Position numbers and translations under genes: made by a program. Of a stretch of 64,000 nt of DNA, positions 60,314-64,000 are shown piece by piece. The notes beneath the pieces were generated by a model, which did no database searches, was not told where the DNA came from, and was given only the letters and a program-made list of their open reading frames with translations. Every line of letters begins with the position of its first letter. Position 1 is the stretch's first letter. Source of the stretch: Candidatus Nealsonbacteria bacterium (GTDB taxonomy: Bacteria; Patescibacteriota; Minisyncoccia; Minisyncoccales; PWPS01); the NCBI GenBank assembly GCA_003557645.1, contig PWNV01000011.1, forward strand, positions 13,640 to 77,639, written 5' to 3'.

Positions 60314-61216
60314 TTATTTCAAGAAGTTCTTGACGATATTACTGGCTTCGTTAGAATTTTTTACCCATTTTATTCTTTTATCATCTTTCCACCATTGCAT
60401 TTGTTTTTTGCTAAATCTTCGAATATCTATAAACAAATGTTCGATAAATTCTTGATAACTAACTTCATTTTGTAAATATTTCACACACCACTTGTACTCA
60501 AGGCCAAAACTATTAATTCTTTTCCAGGATAGACCGGCCTCTTTGAGGCTTTTAACTTCTTCAATCATTCCTTGGTCAATCCTTACAAGGAGTCTTTTCT
60601 TTATCTTCTTATCTAGTTCTTTTTGAGAGATATTTGTTCCTATTAAGAGGGGATTATATTTCGAAGTTTTTTTAATTACGGGAACAGATTTACCAGTTTT
60701 ACTTATAACTTCAATTGCACGAACAAGTCTCCTTTTGTTTTTACTATCGATAGTTTTTGCTCTTCTAGGGTCTAGTTTTTTAAGTTTCTCGTATAATTTA
60801 TCAGAAGACTCTTTCTCTAATTCTTTTCTCAACCTCCAGTCAGGAGAAACGTCAGGAACAGTTATTCCTTCCGATAGAACTTTAATGTAAAAAGCGGTTC
60901 CTCCACAGACGAAAGGTATCTTATCCGCTCGATCTATTTTTTTTATCGCTTTTTCAGCGATAGCTTGAAATCGTGTAACGGTAAAATTTCTTTTTGGGCT
61001 GGCAACGTCGAGGAGGTGGTGAGGAACTCCTTCCATCTCTTCTTCTGTAATCTTACCAGTTCCGATATCCATTCCTCGATATACTTGTCTTGAGTCTGCC
61101 GAGATAACCTCACCATTGAACTTTTTTGCAAGAGAAACTGCAAGACCGCTTTTTCCGGAGGCCGTTGGGCCTAAGATAATTATTATTTTGATAAGATTTT
61201 TCCCTTTAGAGTCCAT
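60314..61216 (-). CDS. miaA: tRNA dimethylallyltransferase
   Basis: 300 aa. P-loop GPTASGKS and DSRQVYRGMDIGT. Confidence 0.92.
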   Translation of the reverse strand: MDSKGKNLIKIIIILGPTASGKSGLAVSLAKKFNGEVISADSRQVYRGMDIGTGKITEEEMEGVPHHLLDVASPKRNFTVTRFQAIAEKAIKKIDRADKIPFVCGGTAFYIKVLSEGITVPDVSPDWRLRKELEKESSDKLYEKLKKLDPRRAKTIDSKNKRRLVRAIEVISKTGKSVPVIKKTSKYNPLLIGTNISQKELDKKIKKRLLVRIDQGMIEEVKSLKEAGLSWKRINSFGLEYKWCVKYLQNEVSYQEFIEHLFIDIRRFSKKQMQWWKDDKRIKWVKNSNEASNIVKNFLK

Positions 61217-62409
61217 GGAGAGACTTGATTTATTTTGATTTTTACAAAGGTTCCAGTTATTTTTTTTGGCCCTTCAAAAATCACAGTTTTATTTTTAGCA
61301 GTTTTACCTTGTATTTTTCCGTTTTTGTTTATTTTTAAGGCTAATACCCTTACATCTTTTCCGATATATTTTTTATTTTTTTCTAATGTTATTTCTTTGA
61401 GTATTTCTGTTAATACTCTCTCCCTTCTTTTCTTTTCTTTGTCAGAGACAGTTTCTTTCATGGCGTATGCAGCGGTTTGAGGTCGAGAAGAATAACAAGA
61501 TATATATGCCATATCGAACTGTATTTCTCTAAAAAGCTCTACAGTATTATGGAAATGCCTCTCCTTCTCTCCAGGAAATCCGACTATCACATCCGTGGAA
61601 AGCTCTATTTCTGGCATAGCCTTTTTTATTTTCATCACCAGACCCTTGTAATCCTCTCTTGTGTAGGGGCGGTTCATCTTCTGTAAGATTTCATTGTCAC
61701 CTGATTGAACGGGCAAATTTAGTGACTTAACAACTTTTCTACATTCAGTCATTGCTTTAATAAGATCATCAGAAAAATCCTTTGGATGAGAACTTACAAA
61801 GCGTATCCAAAAATCTCCTTTTATTTGATTTATTTTTCGTAAAAGATCAGCAAAGCTCATTTCTCCTTTATAAGAGTTGACATTTTGACCGAGAAGCCAC
61901 AGTTCTTTATGTCCACTTGTAACTGCTTGTTCTGCTTCTTTTATAATATCTTCTGCTGGTCTTGATACTTCTTTTCCTCTCGTATAGGGAACAACACAAT
62001 AAGTGCAAAAATTATTACATCCCGTCATGATAGGAACAAAAGCAGAGATGCCCTCGAGTTTGGGGGTAACTTTAAAGTAGTTTTTTCCCTTAGCTTCGAA
62101 GAGAGGCCACTTTGTGAGATCTTCAATTCTTAAAACATGATCAAAGAGGTGTCTAAACTTTATTTTGTCTTTCTTTAAAACACATCCAGTAAGAATTGTT
62201 GTTGGTTTTATCTCTCGGCTATTTATCCTATTAATCTTTCCGTGAATACGGTTGGTTGCTGATCGTCTTATACTGCAGGCATTTATTACAACAAGATCTG
62301 CCTCTTCCTTGGGTGCTTCCTCATACCCGTTCTCTTCCAGATATGTGGAAATCCGTTGACTGTCACTTCTATTCATCTGACACCCAAAAGTAATGATATG
62401 ATATTTCAT
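61183..62409 (-). CDS. miaB: radical-SAM methylthiotransferase (MiaB-type)
   Basis: 408 aa. N-terminal FGCQMN, radical SAM CNNFCTYC, C-terminal TRAM-like region. Adjacency to miaA supports MiaB over RimO. Confidence 0.8.
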   Translation of the reverse strand: MKYHIITFGCQMNRSDSQRISTYLEENGYEEAPKEEADLVVINACSIRRSATNRIHGKINRINSREIKPTTILTGCVLKKDKIKFRHLFDHVLRIEDLTKWPLFEAKGKNYFKVTPKLEGISAFVPIMTGCNNFCTYCVVPYTRGKEVSRPAEDIIKEAEQAVTSGHKELWLLGQNVNSYKGEMSFADLLRKINQIKGDFWIRFVSSHPKDFSDDLIKAMTECRKVVKSLNLPVQSGDNEILQKMNRPYTREDYKGLVMKIKKAMPEIELSTDVIVGFPGEKERHFHNTVELFREIQFDMAYISCYSSRPQTAAYAMKETVSDKEKKRRERVLTEILKEITLEKNKKYIGKDVRVLALKINKNGKIQGKTAKNKTVIFEGPKKITGTFVKIKINQVSPWTLKGKILSK

Positions 62410-62430
62410 TCAATTTTTCTTTAAAAATAC

Positions 62431-64000
62431 TTAGGAATACGCCTCTTCTTTTAGCTTCTTTACAAATTCTTCAGTTGTAATCATTTCTTGCTTTTTTTCT
62501 CTACAGCGCACATTTACTTTTTTTTCGTTCTTTTCTTTTTCTCCCACTATTAGAAGATAAGGGATTTTTTGAGTTTCCCCGTTTCTAATTTTCTTTGAGA
62601 GGGTGTCGCTGTCCTTGTCTAGGTAAGCTCTTATTTTCTCTTTCTTTGTTTCTTCAAAAATTTCTTCTGCGTAATCCATGAATTTATCCGAAACAGGGAT
62701 AATTCTTACTTGCTCTGGAGCAAGCCAGAAAGGAAGGTTTCCATTGTAGTGCTCGAGTAAAAGAGCGATAAATCTTTCGTAGGAACCAAGCACTGCTCGA
62801 TGAACTATAATCGGATGTTGCTCTTTTCCGTTCTTGTCGATATAAGCAAGATTAAATCTCTTAGGTGTTGCAAAATCAATTTGCACGGTTGGGATCTGAA
62901 TTTCGTTTCCAAGAGCATCTTTAAACATAAAATCAAGCTTTGGTCCGTATATTGCAGCTTCTCCTTCTTGTTTTTTTGCATCAAGCTTCATCTCTTTAGC
63001 GACCTCTTCAAGTATTTCTTCACATAGATCCCAGTCCTTCTTCTCTCCAATATATTTTTCCGGATGAGCATAGTCGCGAACGGAAAGATAGGTTTGATGA
63101 TTACCCCAAAGATCAAACAAACCGTAAAAATCTTTTACTATGGAGACCATTCCTTTAATCTCGTCCTTGACCTGATCAACTCGACAAAAAGAGTGGCCAT
63201 CTTCTATTGTTATTCCATAAACCCTACTTAGCCCCCTTACTTCACCGGGCTTTTCTGCTCGATACATTTTTTCTGATTCCATATAGCGAATAGGGAGATC
63301 CCGATAGCTTCTTATTTTTGATGCATATATTTGTGTTTGGTGAGGACAAAGGACAGGGCGCATTACAAAGTTATGATTTTGCGGTGAGGTTACATGAAAA
63401 AGCTCTTCAGAAAACTTTTTTGCATGACCAGATTTTTCGTAAAGATCAATTTTTGCAAGGTGAGGAGTAAGAACTCTTTGGAAGCCGTAGTTTTCACAAA
63501 TATCTTCAATTTTCTTTTTTAATTCGTTGATAACAATAGTTCCTCTTGGAGTAAAAAGGGGAAAACCAGAACCCACAATATCGGAGAAGCAAAAAAGGTC
63601 AAGTTGTGCTCCCAGTTTTCGGTGGTCTCTTTTTTCATTTTCTCTTTTGTTTGAAAGATAAGTTTCTAAATCATTTTTTGTCTCAAAAGCTAATCCGTAT
63701 ATTCGTTTTAGCATGGGTCTCGTTTCTTCGCCCTTAAAATAGGCACCAGCGATCCTTTCTAGCTTAAAAGAGTCAACTGGAATTTCTTTGGAATTTTGCA
63801 CGTGGGGGCCTTCGCACAGATCAACAAAATTTCCACTTTGGTAGAGCGAGACGTTATCTTTTTCGATATCGTCGAGAAGCTCTAGCTTATAGGGATTGTT
63901 TTTAAATATTTCTTTTGCTTTTTCTTTAACAACCTCTCTTTTCTCAAAGGAAAAATCTTTCTTCATTATTTCCCTCATTTTATTTTCAATTCTTGCTAGG
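62431..64000 (-). CDS. thrS: threonine--tRNA ligase (5' end beyond the window)
   Basis: Class II core plus anticodon-binding domain (RDHRKLG...HRAVLGSYERFIA). The frame stays open from the first ATG (63978) to the window edge, and TGS/editing N-terminal parts are expected upstream. Confidence 0.9.
   Translation of the reverse strand, partial: LARIENKMREIMKKDFSFEKREVVKEKAKEIFKNNPYKLELLDDIEKDNVSLYQSGNFVDLCEGPHVQNSKEIPVDSFKLERIAGAYFKGEETRPMLKRIYGLAFETKNDLETYLSNKRENEKRDHRKLGAQLDLFCFSDIVGSGFPLFTPRGTIVINELKKKIEDICENYGFQRVLTPHLAKIDLYEKSGHAKKFSEELFHVTSPQNHNFVMRPVLCPHQTQIYASKIRSYRDLPIRYMESEKMYRAEKPGEVRGLSRVYGITIEDGHSFCRVDQVKDEIKGMVSIVKDFYGLFDLWGNHQTYLSVRDYAHPEKYIGEKKDWDLCEEILEEVAKEMKLDAKKQEGEAAIYGPKLDFMFKDALGNEIQIPTVQIDFATPKRFNLAYIDKNGKEQHPIIVHRAVLGSYERFIALLLEHYNGNLPFWLAPEQVRIIPVSDKFMDYAEEIFEETKKEKIRAYLDKDSDTLSKKIRNGETQKIPYLLIVGEKEKNEKKVNVRCREKKQEMITTEEFVKKLKEEAYS

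Noticed and set aside
1-64000. Alternative genetic code (UGA read as Gly or Trp, as in some CPR and Mollicutes lineages).
   Set aside because: Many full-length conserved genes end at TGA at the expected length (glyA, iscS, rplC, rpsK, rplM, frr and others). No conserved gene is interrupted by in-frame TGA. The standard code 11 fits.
1-64000. CRISPR arrays, transposases, integrases, phage genes, toxin-antitoxin pairs and known defence operons.
   Set aside because: I found no regularly spaced direct repeats and no ORF with recognisable motifs for recombinases, Cas proteins, restriction-modification or abortive-infection systems. Every ORF of 100 aa or more that is not a discounted antisense or alternate-frame shadow ORF is a housekeeping gene or one of the few unknowns listed.

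Overview
AT-rich, almost gap-free 64-kb window in the standard genetic code, read by eye from the sequence and the ORF track; no searches were run. It looks like the core chromosome of a streamlined bacterium, probably Candidate Phyla Radiation (Patescibacteria, Parcubacteria-like). That placement is inference from three things: no L30 gene between rpsE and rplO, no L1 gene after rplK, and domain-reduced aaRS genes. Most of the window is one ribosomal supercluster at 14.9-39.9 kb: rpsL-rpsG-fusA-tuf-rpsJ, then rplC through rplO, secY, two adk paralogs and map. A galT-tpiA-alaS-unknown insertion follows, then infA through rplQ, rplM and rpsI. Other blocks, in order: glyA-folD; an Rrf2-IscS-IscU-MnmA-DUF1858-ThiI sulfur and tRNA-thiolation operon; a ComEC-type MBL-only protein, an acidic protein and a membrane-anchored TraD/VirD4-like ATPase, followed by LOG and a zinc-lid NMP-kinase-like gene; murA, two mreB paralogs, holB, frr, rseP; gatCA; a tRNA operon (fMet, CAU, Asp); pheST; gyrB; secE-nusG-rplK; a deoxynucleotide and thymidylate module (cytidylyltransferase-like, dCMP deaminase fusion, HIT, thyA, folA, deoC); gatB; miaA-miaB; and partial thrS. 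There are five tRNAs and one candidate structured ncRNA with its own promoter. I saw no rRNA, CRISPR array, transposase, integrase or recognisable defence system. The best candidates for something undescribed are the ComEC-MBL / acidic protein / coupling-protein-like ATPase cluster (7.9-11.5 kb), the unexplained 0.5-kb ORF-poor gap at 2.65-3.13 kb, and the ncRNA candidate at 13.36-13.49 kb. All functional calls rest on recognisable motifs and gene order. Promoter, terminator and RNA folds were done by hand and are tentative.
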